Below, piece by piece: positions 45,224 to 55,060 of a stretch of DNA of 64,000 nt. Position 1 is the first letter of the stretch, and every line of letters starts with the position of its first letter. The DNA is from an uncultured Campylobacterales bacterium (GTDB taxonomy: Bacteria > Campylobacterota > Campylobacteria > Campylobacterales > Sulfurovaceae). The translations under genes and the position numbers were made by a program. The stretch lies in the NCBI GenBank assembly GCA_964520575.1, contig CAZFNK010000008.1:2458-66457 (forward strand). Direction: 5' to 3'. The notes under the pieces were generated by a model. The model had not been told where the DNA came from. It worked only from the letters and a program-made list of their open reading frames with translations, and did not search any database.

Positions 45224-45649
45224 ATGATTTTTATAGAGAACAAAACAAAGCTTGATATCGATACCAGTCTGCTTGATAATATAGCCTCATATATGAGCAA
45301 TAGAGATATAGAGCTAATACTTTGCGACGATACGTATATAGCAAAACTAAACCGCGAGTACAGGTCAAAAGAGAACGCAACGGACGTACTTAGTTTTCCG
45401 CTTGAAGGCGATATGCCTCATATGCCGCTTGGTACGATAGTGATATCTCTTGATCGTGCCGTTTTCAAGGCAGATGAGCTTGGGCATTCTGTAGATGATG
45501 AGGTTGCTCTTTTGTTTATTCATGGCTTATTGCATCTTTTGGGCTGCGATCATGAATCTGATAGCGGACAGATGAGAGAAAAAGAGCATAAACTTATCAA
45601 AAAATTTTCTCTCCCCTCAAGTCTGATAGTCAGATCGGAGGACTCATGA
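45224..45649 (+). CDS. ybeY: rRNA maturation endoribonuclease YbeY
   Basis: HGLLHLLGCDHE metal-binding motif. 141 aa from ATG 45224. Confidence 0.9.
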   Translation: MIFIENKTKLDIDTSLLDNIASYMSNRDIELILCDDTYIAKLNREYRSKENATDVLSFPLEGDMPHMPLGTIVISLDRAVFKADELGHSVDDEVALLFIHGLLHLLGCDHESDSGQMREKEHKLIKKFSLPSSLIVRSEDS

Positions 45650-46590
45650 CAGATATACTCGTTTTTATCGCATCGCTGACAGTGCTCATATGGGGTGCTG
45701 ATCTACTGATAAACCAAAGCGAAAAAGTAGCAAGAAACTTCGGCTTATCGGAATTCTTCATAGGTGCTACGCTTATAGCTTTGGGTACCAGCCTGCCTGA
45801 GATGGCAGCCTCTGTAACCGCCAGCATCGAGGGACACGGGGCTATATCGATCTCCAACATCATCGGCTCGAATATCCTCAATATCACACTTGTACTGGGT
45901 CTTGTCTTTCTTATCTCCGGACAGATAGATCCTGATAGAGATTTTTTTGCCAAAGACAGTAGCTGGGCACTTTTTCCGGTATTTATATTTATACTTATGG
46001 TACTCGATGGAAGGCTGTCACGGTTTGACGGTATGCTTTTGATGATATTGATGGGTGCATATCTGCTGTTTTTGATAAGAGACGGCAAAGAGATCATAGT
46101 TGCCGAGCTTGAGGAGATATCAGAAGGAGAAGATGAGAGATTTGCCTGGGGTCGCACGGGTCTTCTGCTTGCAGTCGGTTTTATTGCGGTAGTGCTGGGA
46201 GCTGACTATCTGGTGGAGAGTGCCTCCTCTATCGCCCAAAGATTCGGAGTCAGTGAGTGGATCATAGGGATCGTTATGATAGCTATGGGCACCTCTATGC
46301 CGGAGCTTGTGGTCTCTATCATAGCTGCCCGCAAAGGCAAATCCGAAATGGCCATAGGCAACATCATCGGCTCCAATATGGCCAATATCTCCATAGCGCT
46401 GGGCGCTGCTTCATTTGCAAGCCCCATAGAAATAGATATCAGCAAATATATCTTTGATATATCTACTATGTTGACAGCAACACTTATGCTTGTCTTTATC
46501 TCAGCCAACAGGCTTTATACTAAGCCTGCGGGCATAAGCCTGTTGATAGTGCTGGCTCTATTCCTGCAGCATACAGTGACGGCTATTTGA
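45646..46590 (+). CDS. CaCA-family sodium/calcium exchanger membrane protein
   Basis: Two alpha-repeats (GTSLPEMAAS, GTSMPELVVS) and about 10 TMs. ATGA overlap with ybeY. Confidence 0.85.
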   Translation: MTDILVFIASLTVLIWGADLLINQSEKVARNFGLSEFFIGATLIALGTSLPEMAASVTASIEGHGAISISNIIGSNILNITLVLGLVFLISGQIDPDRDFFAKDSSWALFPVFIFILMVLDGRLSRFDGMLLMILMGAYLLFLIRDGKEIIVAELEEISEGEDERFAWGRTGLLLAVGFIAVVLGADYLVESASSIAQRFGVSEWIIGIVMIAMGTSMPELVVSIIAARKGKSEMAIGNIIGSNMANISIALGAASFASPIEIDISKYIFDISTMLTATLMLVFISANRLYTKPAGISLLIVLALFLQHTVTAI

Positions 46591-47434
46591 CACTACTACT
46601 CTTGCTGCCGGATGTTTTCTTATCATCCTTTGGGGCAAAAGCACTCTTGTTGGTATCTTCTTGAGATATTTTTCGAGACTTTCTACTTTTGAGCATTTGG
46701 GTGAAGCGCTTGCCCATATTGGCAAGAGCCTCGTCCATAGCATAGACTATTGCGCCAAATACCGCGCGTGTCTCGTGACTTGTAGCGCTATTGCCTGCGA
46801 GCTCATTTAACTCTTCGAGTTCATCCATCCCAAAATCTCTTGTCATGAACAAAAGAGCATTATAGTTGTTGTCTCTCATTTTTTTGACGAATGATTTTTC
46901 CATATATTTCAACTCTTTTTCGCCTAACTTTCGATTCATGTTTGAATATACCTGTTTCATCATAGGGATGAACATCTTTCGAAAAAATTCGATCAATGTT
47001 TCCTCGTCATAAAGTCTCTTGACTATAGATTTTACCGTTTCGGTGCGATTTGACGGCAGCGGATCTCTTTTGATGCGAATCAGAAACTGGCGATAAGCTT
47101 CTGCGGTATCAGGCTCTTCCATCAGTACTTGAGCGCTAACGAGTTTACGCAAGACATCATGCTTATAGTTAGCGATTATCTCATCCATCTCATCTTCACT
47201 CAGATTCCGCTGCAGATATTCCCTGAATCTAATAGAAAGCATCTGACTGTCCTGCATCAAAGGTGCGCTTCCTGCACCCATAGATGCAAACATTTGCCCC
47301 ATACCGTCAACCATCTGCTCAAATTCTATTAATTGATCCTCGGATCCTGAGATCAGAAGATATTTCTCCACCTGCTCAGGTGTAGCCGAATAAAGCAACG
47401 CTATACTTGATACAAAAAGTATAAATTTTTTCAT
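46583..47434 (-). CDS. hypothetical periplasmic protein
   Basis: Signal peptide MKKFILFVSSIALLYSA. Helical, with a basic C-terminal tail. No family assigned with confidence. Confidence 0.55.
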   Translation of the reverse strand: MKKFILFVSSIALLYSATPEQVEKYLLISGSEDQLIEFEQMVDGMGQMFASMGAGSAPLMQDSQMLSIRFREYLQRNLSEDEMDEIIANYKHDVLRKLVSAQVLMEEPDTAEAYRQFLIRIKRDPLPSNRTETVKSIVKRLYDEETLIEFFRKMFIPMMKQVYSNMNRKLGEKELKYMEKSFVKKMRDNNYNALLFMTRDFGMDELEELNELAGNSATSHETRAVFGAIVYAMDEALANMGKRFTQMLKSRKSRKISQEDTNKSAFAPKDDKKTSGSKSSSVK

Positions 47435-47522
47435 TATATCTCCACTATTATTGTTGGTGGCATATTTTATCCAAATAAAGTAAACACATCAAAACATCAA
47501 CAAAAAACGGTACAATACCGCT

Positions 47523-47696
47523 ATGAAAACAATAGCAAAAACATTACTTATAATCTCAGCCATTTTTGTCGCCTCGGCATGCACTCAGGTAGTTACCGCT
47601 CCTATCAGCATAGCGGGAGCTACCGCCGGAGCCGCACTTGACGTGGCCGGATCTGCGGCTGGCGCAGTCGTGCATACTGTTACCGGTGGGGACTGA
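47523..47696 (+). CDS. small Gly/Ala-rich lipoprotein (57 aa; below ORF-track cutoff)
   Basis: MKTIAKTLLIISAIFVASAC lipobox, then TQVVTAPISIAGATAGAALDVAGSAAGAVVHTVTGGD. ATG at 47523, TGA at 47694-47696. Confidence 0.5.
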   Translation: MKTIAKTLLIISAIFVASACTQVVTAPISIAGATAGAALDVAGSAAGAVVHTVTGGD

Positions 47697-47779
47697 TTTG
47701 CAGGTTTGATCCTGCCTGTTTCAAAAGAGTCAAAACTTGGCGATTCAAAACCGGCACTAAATTTATTGGAGGCAGAAAG

Positions 47780-48052
47780 ATGTCAGCGCTTATCATAGCT
47801 ATAGTACAGCTATTGCACACGATCATCAATATCTACATTTGGATCATTATCATTTCAGCTCTATTTAGCTTCATCAGACCTGATCCATACAATCCCCTTG
47901 TCAAAGCGATTTATCAACTCACTGAACCGGTTTTTATATGGATCAGGCGCAAACTGCCGTTTGTCGTGATCTCAAACATCGATCTCTCTCCTTTGGTAGT
48001 ATTACTTGCTCTGCAATTTATTGATACACTTTTGATAAGATCTATATATTAG
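47780..48052 (+). CDS. yggT: YggT-family membrane protein
   Basis: 90 aa, two TMs, YGGT-type sequence (IINIYIWIIIISALFSFI...LSPLVVLLALQFI). Confidence 0.75.
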   Translation: MSALIIAIVQLLHTIINIYIWIIIISALFSFIRPDPYNPLVKAIYQLTEPVFIWIRRKLPFVVISNIDLSPLVVLLALQFIDTLLIRSIY

Positions 48053-48068
48053 GATATTGGGATACAGA

Positions 48069-49625
48069 ATGAGAATAGTAACGGTACTATCAATTGTACT
48101 GCTCTCATCATTTCTCCTTCAGGCACGCACGCTCAGCTATGAGAGCATTCATGCCATGCCCAAAAGTGTCGAGAAGGACTACTATATATGGAGATACATC
48201 CTAAGTCCAAAAAGCAGCAAGCAGGAAGCCCAAAAGCTGATAAAAGAGACTTTTAGAATAAATGGCAAACTGGCAAAGGCATACAAGAAAAAAACGGGCC
48301 ACAAAGCCCCGGTACGATCAAGAGCCAAGTCTCGCCCCAGCAAAAAAGAGGTGGCTACATACAAGAAAAAAATCAAAGCTACCCTTGATCTGCTTAAAAA
48401 GGACAAACCATTTCAAGAGTGGCTCAAACTCCCTCTGGATATGAAAATCTTTGTCTTCAATCATGCCGGCAAAAGCGGACGCAAAATGCTGGATCGCCCT
48501 ATTAGCGGTAAGCTTTTTGCACAACTAAGCACCGACTATAGTTTCAATGACTCTATCTACAGGATCAAAAAAGAACATCTTCCAAACTGGAGAAAAAATC
48601 TTCTCCATCTGCCTGCCAAAAACCATAAATTGTCATATGCAAGCCTTGTAAAGCTTGGCTTTATCGCTCTGTATGAGGGCAGAACAAATATCGCTGAGAC
48701 ATATTTTGTGCTTGCGTCCAAAAAGGCTCAAGACAGAGACGATCTGGACAAAGCACTCTTTTGGGCATATATAAGCAATAACAACAAAAAATATCTAAAA
48801 AGTCTTGTAAACAGCTACGAGATCAATGTCTATACTCTGATGGCACGGGATATACTTCACCTCAAGTACCCCTCTGTTATCACCCCCTCCCTTCCAAAAG
48901 CCCACTTGATGGACAAAGAGATATCAGATCCGATCTTTTGGGCAAGGCTCAAGAAAAAGATATTCTCAAAAAAATATAATCTCAAGAGTCTGGCCCAAGA
49001 GTTCAAATCTGCCGAAGCAATAGGATACTATACTTATATCATGGCCAAGGCCAGCAGAGAAAAGGATCAGTATTTCCCTATGCCCTACAGAGACATACTA
49101 TCCAAGCTCCCCAAAAGCCGCCAGGCTATACTCTACGCGATAGCAAGACAGGAGAGCAGATTTGTTCCTGCCAGCATCTCTGTTTCCTATGCATTGGGAA
49201 TGATGCAGTTTATGCCTTTTCTTGTGCGCCATATCGCCAAACAAAGGGGTGAAAAAGTTGATTATGATTCGATGTTTGATCCACGCAAAGCTCTGATCTA
49301 TGCAAACGAACACATGAACTACTTGACCAAGTGGCTCAAGCATCCACTTTTTATCGCATATGCTTATAATGCCGGTATCGGATATACACGCCGCCTGATA
49401 CGAAAAGAATTTATGTTCAACGGTAAGGGTCCATATGAGCCATACATCAGTCTTGAGCTTGTTGATAACGATCAGGCCAGACACTATGGTAAAAGGGTTC
49501 TTGCCAATTATGTAATATATATGAACAAGCTTGGTGTGCCTCTTCGTATAACCGATCTTCTCAAGACGCTTCATTTGCCTGAAAAAACAGATAATTTCAG
49601 AAAAAGGAAACACAAAAATGGCTGA
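48069..49625 (+). CDS. soluble lytic murein transglycosylase (Slt family)
   Basis: Catalytic ARQESRF, GMMQFMP and AYNAGIGY motifs with an N-terminal superhelical region. Confidence 0.82.
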   Translation: MRIVTVLSIVLLSSFLLQARTLSYESIHAMPKSVEKDYYIWRYILSPKSSKQEAQKLIKETFRINGKLAKAYKKKTGHKAPVRSRAKSRPSKKEVATYKKKIKATLDLLKKDKPFQEWLKLPLDMKIFVFNHAGKSGRKMLDRPISGKLFAQLSTDYSFNDSIYRIKKEHLPNWRKNLLHLPAKNHKLSYASLVKLGFIALYEGRTNIAETYFVLASKKAQDRDDLDKALFWAYISNNNKKYLKSLVNSYEINVYTLMARDILHLKYPSVITPSLPKAHLMDKEISDPIFWARLKKKIFSKKYNLKSLAQEFKSAEAIGYYTYIMAKASREKDQYFPMPYRDILSKLPKSRQAILYAIARQESRFVPASISVSYALGMMQFMPFLVRHIAKQRGEKVDYDSMFDPRKALIYANEHMNYLTKWLKHPLFIAYAYNAGIGYTRRLIRKEFMFNGKGPYEPYISLELVDNDQARHYGKRVLANYVIYMNKLGVPLRITDLLKTLHLPEKTDNFRKRKHKNG

Positions 49626-50142
49626 TCGTAGAGCTATAGCCTTCACTGGACCAAGCGGCAGCGGCAAAACCACACTGATAGAGAAGATATCTCTAAAATT
49701 GAGCAGGCACAGAAAAATAGCCATCATCAAGCACGACCCCAAGGATAAGGCAATGTTTGATCAAAAGGGCAAAGATAGTGACAGGTTTTATCGAAGCGGA
49801 GCTGATGTGGCAGTGGTATCTAATACGCGTACAACGCTCTTTTCTCATCACAAAAGAAGTATACTGGAAGTAGCTGATATGTTTGGCGAATTTGATCTTT
49901 TGCTGGTAGAAGGGCTCAAGACGCTGCCATTACCAAGGATAGCGATATTTCGCACCAAAATAGAGGAGGATTATATCCCATATGTTGAGGCTTTGGCCAT
50001 AGACAACTCTATCGATCCAAAAGACTATGAACTGCCATCGAGTCTTGATATTCTCGATCTTAACGATCTTGAGAGTATAATCAAATGGATAGATTCGCAC
50101 TCTACTACTATCAAGGACAAATTGAATGCAAACGATTTTTGA
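49618..50142 (+). CDS. mobB: molybdopterin-guanine dinucleotide biosynthesis adaptor protein MobB
   Basis: P-loop [12 protein letters not shown]. 174 aa. Confidence 0.78.
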   Translation: MADRRAIAFTGPSGSGKTTLIEKISLKLSRHRKIAIIKHDPKDKAMFDQKGKDSDRFYRSGADVAVVSNTRTTLFSHHKRSILEVADMFGEFDLLLVEGLKTLPLPRIAIFRTKIEEDYIPYVEALAIDNSIDPKDYELPSSLDILDLNDLESIIKWIDSHSTTIKDKLNANDF

Positions 50143-50977
50143 CTCTATACAGACCATCGCCGTAAACGTAGATGCCCTGATCAAAGAGGGAGAGCTGGGA
50201 TATAGCTCCAGCCAGAATGCCACGGGCGATACACAGCTGAAAATGGATGTAGCAAGCGACAGGTTGATAGAGAAATCATTGAGCGCACTTGCCCATGTCC
50301 GTGCTATCATCAGCGAGGAAAAAGACGAAGTGCTTGTGCTTAACAAAAACGCTCAATATACCATTTGCTATGATCCGCTTGATGGCTCAAGCATAGTCGA
50401 TGCAAATTTTGCGGTGGGCTCTATATTTGGGATATATGAGGGTGAGCCATCCGGAGCCACTCTTGCGGCATCGGTATATGTGATATACGGTACGCATATA
50501 GAAATGGTCTCTGTAATCAAGGGCGAAAAACCCGTCAGACACCGATTCGTGCACGGATCATGGCGACATATAGACGACACCTTTGCCCTCAAAGAGAAGG
50601 GCAAGCACAATGCTCCAGGCGGCACACAGAAAAATTGGCTGCCGATGCACAAAACATTTATTGACGGCCTTTTTGCTGAGGGTTATCGCCTCAGATACAG
50701 TGGAGGGATGGTACCCGATCTACACCATATATTGGTCAAAGGCGGAGGGATATTTAGCTATCCTCCCACATCTGATGTCCCTCAAGGTAAGCTTAGGATA
50801 CTTTTTGAGGTGCTCCCTTTTGCATTGATCTTTGAGGCTGCGGGAGGACAAGCTGTAGACGACAAGGGCAATAGGCTGCTTGAGCTCACTCCTGCACATC
50901 ACCATGCTACTACACCATGCTATTTTGGCTCAAACTATGAGATAGAAACCCTCAAAAAAGCCTATGGGATAGCATAA
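50126..50977 (+). CDS. fbp: class 1 fructose-1,6-bisphosphatase (short form)
   Basis: [11 protein letters not shown] metal-binding motif and the [11 protein letters not shown] region. Confidence 0.88.
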   Translation: MQTIFDSIQTIAVNVDALIKEGELGYSSSQNATGDTQLKMDVASDRLIEKSLSALAHVRAIISEEKDEVLVLNKNAQYTICYDPLDGSSIVDANFAVGSIFGIYEGEPSGATLAASVYVIYGTHIEMVSVIKGEKPVRHRFVHGSWRHIDDTFALKEKGKHNAPGGTQKNWLPMHKTFIDGLFAEGYRLRYSGGMVPDLHHILVKGGGIFSYPPTSDVPQGKLRILFEVLPFALIFEAAGGQAVDDKGNRLLELTPAHHHATTPCYFGSNYEIETLKKAYGIA

Positions 50978-51171
50978 TGGCATCACAGATGGATGAATTT
51001 GAGCTGGCTCTGGAGGAAAAAACCAAAGAATTAAAGGCCTGCCAAGCGGACAAAGGCTACAAAAGCTGCTTTCCCTGCCCTCAGATTAATGACTGCAGGA
51101 TCAGGGATGAGTATGTCAATGCCGTGTATGAGAGCATGAACAAAGGCAAAGGTGGAGGATTCGAGTTTTAG
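50977..51171 (+). CDS. small Cys-containing hypothetical protein
   Basis: 64 aa with the pattern C-x8-C-x2-C-x5-C (CQADKGYKSCFPCPQINDC). Its ATG overlaps the fbp stop (TAATG). Confidence 0.4.
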   Translation: MASQMDEFELALEEKTKELKACQADKGYKSCFPCPQINDCRIRDEYVNAVYESMNKGKGGGFEF

Positions 51172-51182
51172 ATTTGTCATGT

Positions 51183-52472
51183 TCACTCCTTACCCTCTCC
51201 CTCCAGATCCTTTGGCAACTCCAGAGCCTCTATGCGCCCCAGCGCTCCAGCCCCTGCTATGCCTTGGAGTGAGCCATACATTTCAGTCGTGTTCTGCAAG
51301 ACTCCGTCTATGAGCTTCTGGCGGCGTTTCCAGCTTGCCATTAGTGAGCGGCGCTCTTTGTCGAGTTCTGATTGCATCTGCGTGAAACCATCGACAATAG
51401 CCTTAAGCTGCATCTGAAACTCATTGCCGGTAAGATAGTTGTAGAGCAAAGTCATCTTATCACCGCGGTTTTCCTCTCTTTGTACCGTTTTGTGTACTCG
51501 GATGAGACTCTCTCGCAGCAGGCTCACCGAACCTTTGAACTCCTCCAGAGAACAGACCCACACTCCGTCCACCCAGCCCATTCGCTCCATTCCTGGAGGA
51601 TAGACCGAGGTTACCAGCACTCCGATGTCGGCATGGGCCCCGAGCATATCTTGTTTTAGTTTGGATATCCAGCCGTCACTCCACGCCTTGGTATTTTTGG
51701 ATTCATAGGCTATCACACCGCAATTTTGGAGTTCCCTGGTATGTACTGTCTGTATGCAATCGGCCCCAAAGGCGCCCTTTTTGACCTCCTCAATAGTGTC
51801 AAACGGAAATTGAGCTCTCAACCAATCCTCTATCATAAGCTCCAGTGCTTCGCCCTGCACCTGCATGCTCCCCTGCTCCGCTTTGCGTTTGGCAGCATCG
51901 ATATCACGCCTCATCTGCTCGATCTGCTCATCCTTTGCTTTGAGTTTGAGAGCTATCTCATCATCGATGCTCTTTTGGAGCTTGCGTTTCTCCTCGGCCA
52001 AGCGCCTGGAGAGCTCCAGTTCCGCTTCAACTTTGGCTTTGGAGGCTATCTCTTCTTTTTCACGCTTTAGCCGCTCTATCTCCACCTTGGCAGCGTTGAG
52101 TTCGGCCAGTTGCTTTGATTTGGCCTCCAGCTCTTTTTGCATGGCTGCCATTGCTTGGCTTTGCTCGTCAAGTATCTCCTTTCGCAGGCTTTGGGCGAGA
52201 GCTTCCCTCTCCTTGTGTAGCTGCTCGCGGGTTGCTTTGCGCAGCTCTTCGTCAAATTTCTCTTTTTGCTCCTTGATATGATCCTCTTTGGCTTTGAGAT
52301 CATCAAAGGCCCTTTTGTACTCCTGCCGCTTGGCCTCTATCTCCTCTCTAAGCTTCTTTTGCTCCGCAAGGTTTTTTTGCCTGTATTGCTCTTCTATCTG
52401 GTGATAGAAAATCTCGTCTATATCAATCTTAGTGCCGCAGTTTGGACATTGGATGGTATTTGCACCTGACAT
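51183..52472 (-). CDS. DUF2130 protein: CxxC knuckle + long coiled coil + PD-(D/E)xK-like C-terminal domain
   Basis: CPNCGTKIDIDEIF, then about 200 aa of heptad-rich E/K/A sequence, then a C-terminal GADCIQ...VIAYESKNTK (D...ExK) motif. ATG 52472 has an AGGA RBS; the alternative is 52499. Confidence 0.7.
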   Translation of the reverse strand: MSGANTIQCPNCGTKIDIDEIFYHQIEEQYRQKNLAEQKKLREEIEAKRQEYKRAFDDLKAKEDHIKEQKEKFDEELRKATREQLHKEREALAQSLRKEILDEQSQAMAAMQKELEAKSKQLAELNAAKVEIERLKREKEEIASKAKVEAELELSRRLAEEKRKLQKSIDDEIALKLKAKDEQIEQMRRDIDAAKRKAEQGSMQVQGEALELMIEDWLRAQFPFDTIEEVKKGAFGADCIQTVHTRELQNCGVIAYESKNTKAWSDGWISKLKQDMLGAHADIGVLVTSVYPPGMERMGWVDGVWVCSLEEFKGSVSLLRESLIRVHKTVQREENRGDKMTLLYNYLTGNEFQMQLKAIVDGFTQMQSELDKERRSLMASWKRRQKLIDGVLQNTTEMYGSLQGIAGAGALGRIEALELPKDLEGEGKE

Positions 52473-52564
52473 AACAGTTCCTGCCTCATATTTTTGCATA
52501 TTTTATCAGATTTTACTATCTGTTTGGCAAAATATGTCAAACTGACATATGCTTGGCTGCTATG

Positions 52565-53782
52565 TTAGTTTGATTCGTATTCGCAATAATCTATATCATA
52601 GTCCTGCAATTCGTTTTTTGCGTTGTATTGTTCGCCCGCACAGTCGCCGCTATGATACTCAGATTTATCTTTCAGATTTTTCTCTATCTTCTCATAGGAG
52701 CTTTTTCTTTCATCAGGCAGACTGCAGTATCCGGTATTTGATCTACTGAAAGAATCATCCACAATAGCGCCTATTGTACCGATCAAGTCCTTTTTCTTAA
52801 GAGTTTGGTTGATATCTCCTGCTATATACATATGATTATCTTTGGGCAAGGTCAAAAACCTTCTATCGGTTTGATCGGCAAGATTCCAGATTGTTAGCTT
52901 GATACGGGGATCGGTACCCGTACCCTCCACTCCGTTCATTTGCAAAAATCTCACATCGCCCTTTAGATCTCGCAGATCGGACTTGTTCATATCAAAGGCA
53001 AACCATCCGTCCACAGATAGAGTCAAACTGACTTCACCGTAACCTTTGTTCTGAAAATACTTCATCACGTAAAAGGCTTGGCCGCCACCTTGAGAATGGC
53101 CCATGACCGCCAGTTTTTTGATACTTAGTTCATGGGCATCTTTGGCTGTATCCAGCGCTTCATCAAAAATATGGACATAGTTCCTGATATCATAACCTTC
53201 TCCCGTCTCGCCGCCAATGACAAAATATCCATAGCTTGCCAGATATTTCATGATACCGCTGTAGTTATCAATATGGATGCCAGAACCGCCCCCTTCGAGA
53301 AAAAGTACAACAGGCATATCCGGGGTGATGTTGTCAGTGGGGTAATAGACCACATAGCCGTCATCCGTGAGATTTTGATCGGGATATCTTGTGACATTAT
53401 ACTCACCCAAAACAGCAAAATCTCTACTTTGACCCACTCTGATAACCCTTTTGACCGGATTGGCCTTATTGCCTGCACTGTCTCTTACCTTGTACGTAAA
53501 AGTATAGACAGCATATCTACCATCTGAAGAGATGCTGCTTGCGGCATATTTTTTGATCCTGTCTGTGATGTTTCCGTCAGTATCATCCTGCGCTACAGCT
53601 CCCGGATCATGAAAATCCCTGTATGCCTTTTCGCAGTCAAATACAATCTCCGACTCACCTACAAGTGTGATCTCAGGCGGCGTTGTATCTTTTTGATCTC
53701 TATCTTGCCTATGGGCTTGACAACCATTTGTTACTATAAGCGCAAAAATTATTGAAAAGAAATAAACGAAATTTTTATTCAT
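52565..53782 (-). CDS. lipoprotein with Ig-like (DUF5011-type) domain and alpha/beta-hydrolase (esterase/lipase) domain
   Basis: Lipobox VTNGC. PPEITLVGESEIV...AQDDTDGNIT Ig-like segment. Nucleophile elbow GHSQGG. Confidence 0.65.
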   Translation of the reverse strand: MNKNFVYFFSIIFALIVTNGCQAHRQDRDQKDTTPPEITLVGESEIVFDCEKAYRDFHDPGAVAQDDTDGNITDRIKKYAASSISSDGRYAVYTFTYKVRDSAGNKANPVKRVIRVGQSRDFAVLGEYNVTRYPDQNLTDDGYVVYYPTDNITPDMPVVLFLEGGGSGIHIDNYSGIMKYLASYGYFVIGGETGEGYDIRNYVHIFDEALDTAKDAHELSIKKLAVMGHSQGGGQAFYVMKYFQNKGYGEVSLTLSVDGWFAFDMNKSDLRDLKGDVRFLQMNGVEGTGTDPRIKLTIWNLADQTDRRFLTLPKDNHMYIAGDINQTLKKKDLIGTIGAIVDDSFSRSNTGYCSLPDERKSSYEKIEKNLKDKSEYHSGDCAGEQYNAKNELQDYDIDYCEYESN

Positions 53783-53838
53783 ATTTAACCCCAAGAATAC
53801 ATGATAGGCTATTATAACGCAAAAAAATTGCCAAAGGA

Positions 53839-54393
53839 TTACTTTATTCCAAGAATTTCTATTATGGACTCTATGAGTGCTTTTTTTTCAAGAGATTTTA
53901 TCTTGTTTTTATACTGCTCAAGGCTAAGTCCTGCCTTCGTGATGCTTTTTTGCCTGATGATCTCTCCCCCGTCAAGCTCCGTGCTTACCCAGTGTACACT
54001 CACTCCCCCGTCGGGGTGTTCATCATAATAGCTTTTTTCTATAGCATTAAGTCCTTTGTGCCTGGGAAGAAGTGAAGGATGGAGATTGACCGCCTGTATA
54101 TTGTCGGTAAATGCCGGACCAAGAATGCGCATAAACCCCGCCAAAACTGTCAAATCGGGAGCATAAACTTTGATATGTTCTGCCAAAACTTTGTCAAACT
54201 CATCTCTTGAGTCATGATCACGAGGATCTATGATCTTGACGGGTACAGATGCTTCTTGTGCATATCGGATCCCTGCTGCTATAGGATTGTCGGTGATCGC
54301 CGCAACAACTTCAAGCCTCCTGCGGTGGAGATTGTCGAGGATATATGAGAGGTTGCTCCCCTCTCCGCTAAAAAGTACAACAATTTTTTTCAT
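53839..54393 (-). CDS. purN: phosphoribosylglycinamide formyltransferase
   Basis: VLFSGEGSN and NLHPSLLPRHKG motifs. Confidence 0.92.
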   Translation of the reverse strand: MKKIVVLFSGEGSNLSYILDNLHRRRLEVVAAITDNPIAAGIRYAQEASVPVKIIDPRDHDSRDEFDKVLAEHIKVYAPDLTVLAGFMRILGPAFTDNIQAVNLHPSLLPRHKGLNAIEKSYYDEHPDGGVSVHWVSTELDGGEIIRQKSITKAGLSLEQYKNKIKSLEKKALIESIIEILGIK

Positions 54394-54470
54394 GTCTCAT
54401 TTTAACTGTGCTTAACTGAAACAATGGATAGTTTTGATATGCTTTTATTGATACTATCTGGAGGAGAGAC

Positions 54471-55028
54471 ATGAAAGAACTTTCGCAAAAAGCAAAAGAG
54501 AAGATCATCCAAAGCATCCGCACTGTTCCAGACTTTCCCAAGCCGGGCATACAGTTCAAGGATATTACTACTTTGCTTGGCAATCCTGAAGCGTTTGGTC
54601 TGCTGATGGATCATCTGCAGGCCAGATACAGCGAGTATGATCTAGATTTTGTTGCGGGTATAGACGCGCGCGGATTTATATTTGGCTCTTCACTTGCCGA
54701 CCGCCTGAGGGTTGGCTTCGTGCCCATCAGAAAAAGCGGCAAACTGCCTTATACAACAGTAGCGGAAAAATACTCTTTGGAGTATGGTTTTGATGAGGTT
54801 GAAGTACATATCGATGCCTTTGGTGATAAGGGCAAACAAGCAGACGGCCGACCTTCGCGCGTCCTGCTTATCGACGATCTACTGGCCACCGGCGGTACTG
54901 CCGCCGCGGCAGCAACACTCATTGATCGAATAGGTGCCGAGTGTGTTGAAGCGTGTTTTTTGATAGAGCTGGATTTTTTGAAGGGAAGAGAAAAACTAAA
55001 TACAGAGGTTTACTCGGTGATCAAATGA
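54471..55028 (+). CDS. apt: adenine phosphoribosyltransferase
   Basis: PRPP motif [13 protein letters not shown] and the FKDITTLL N-terminal motif. Confidence 0.93.
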   Translation: MKELSQKAKEKIIQSIRTVPDFPKPGIQFKDITTLLGNPEAFGLLMDHLQARYSEYDLDFVAGIDARGFIFGSSLADRLRVGFVPIRKSGKLPYTTVAEKYSLEYGFDEVEVHIDAFGDKGKQADGRPSRVLLIDDLLATGGTAAAAATLIDRIGAECVEACFLIELDFLKGREKLNTEVYSVIK

Positions 55029-55060
55029 TTGCCAAGCGGCATGAAAGCCGCGGATTTGGC

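Noticed and set aside
45630-46157. 175-aa minus-strand ORF overlapping ybeY end and the CaCA gene
   Set aside because: It is antisense to the CaCA exchanger with its two GTS(L/M)PE alpha-repeats. Its Ser/Pro/Ile-rich sequence looks non-coding.
49098-49742. 214-aa minus-strand ORF across the slt/mobB junction
   Set aside because: It is antisense to two well-supported genes. It is a shadow ORF.
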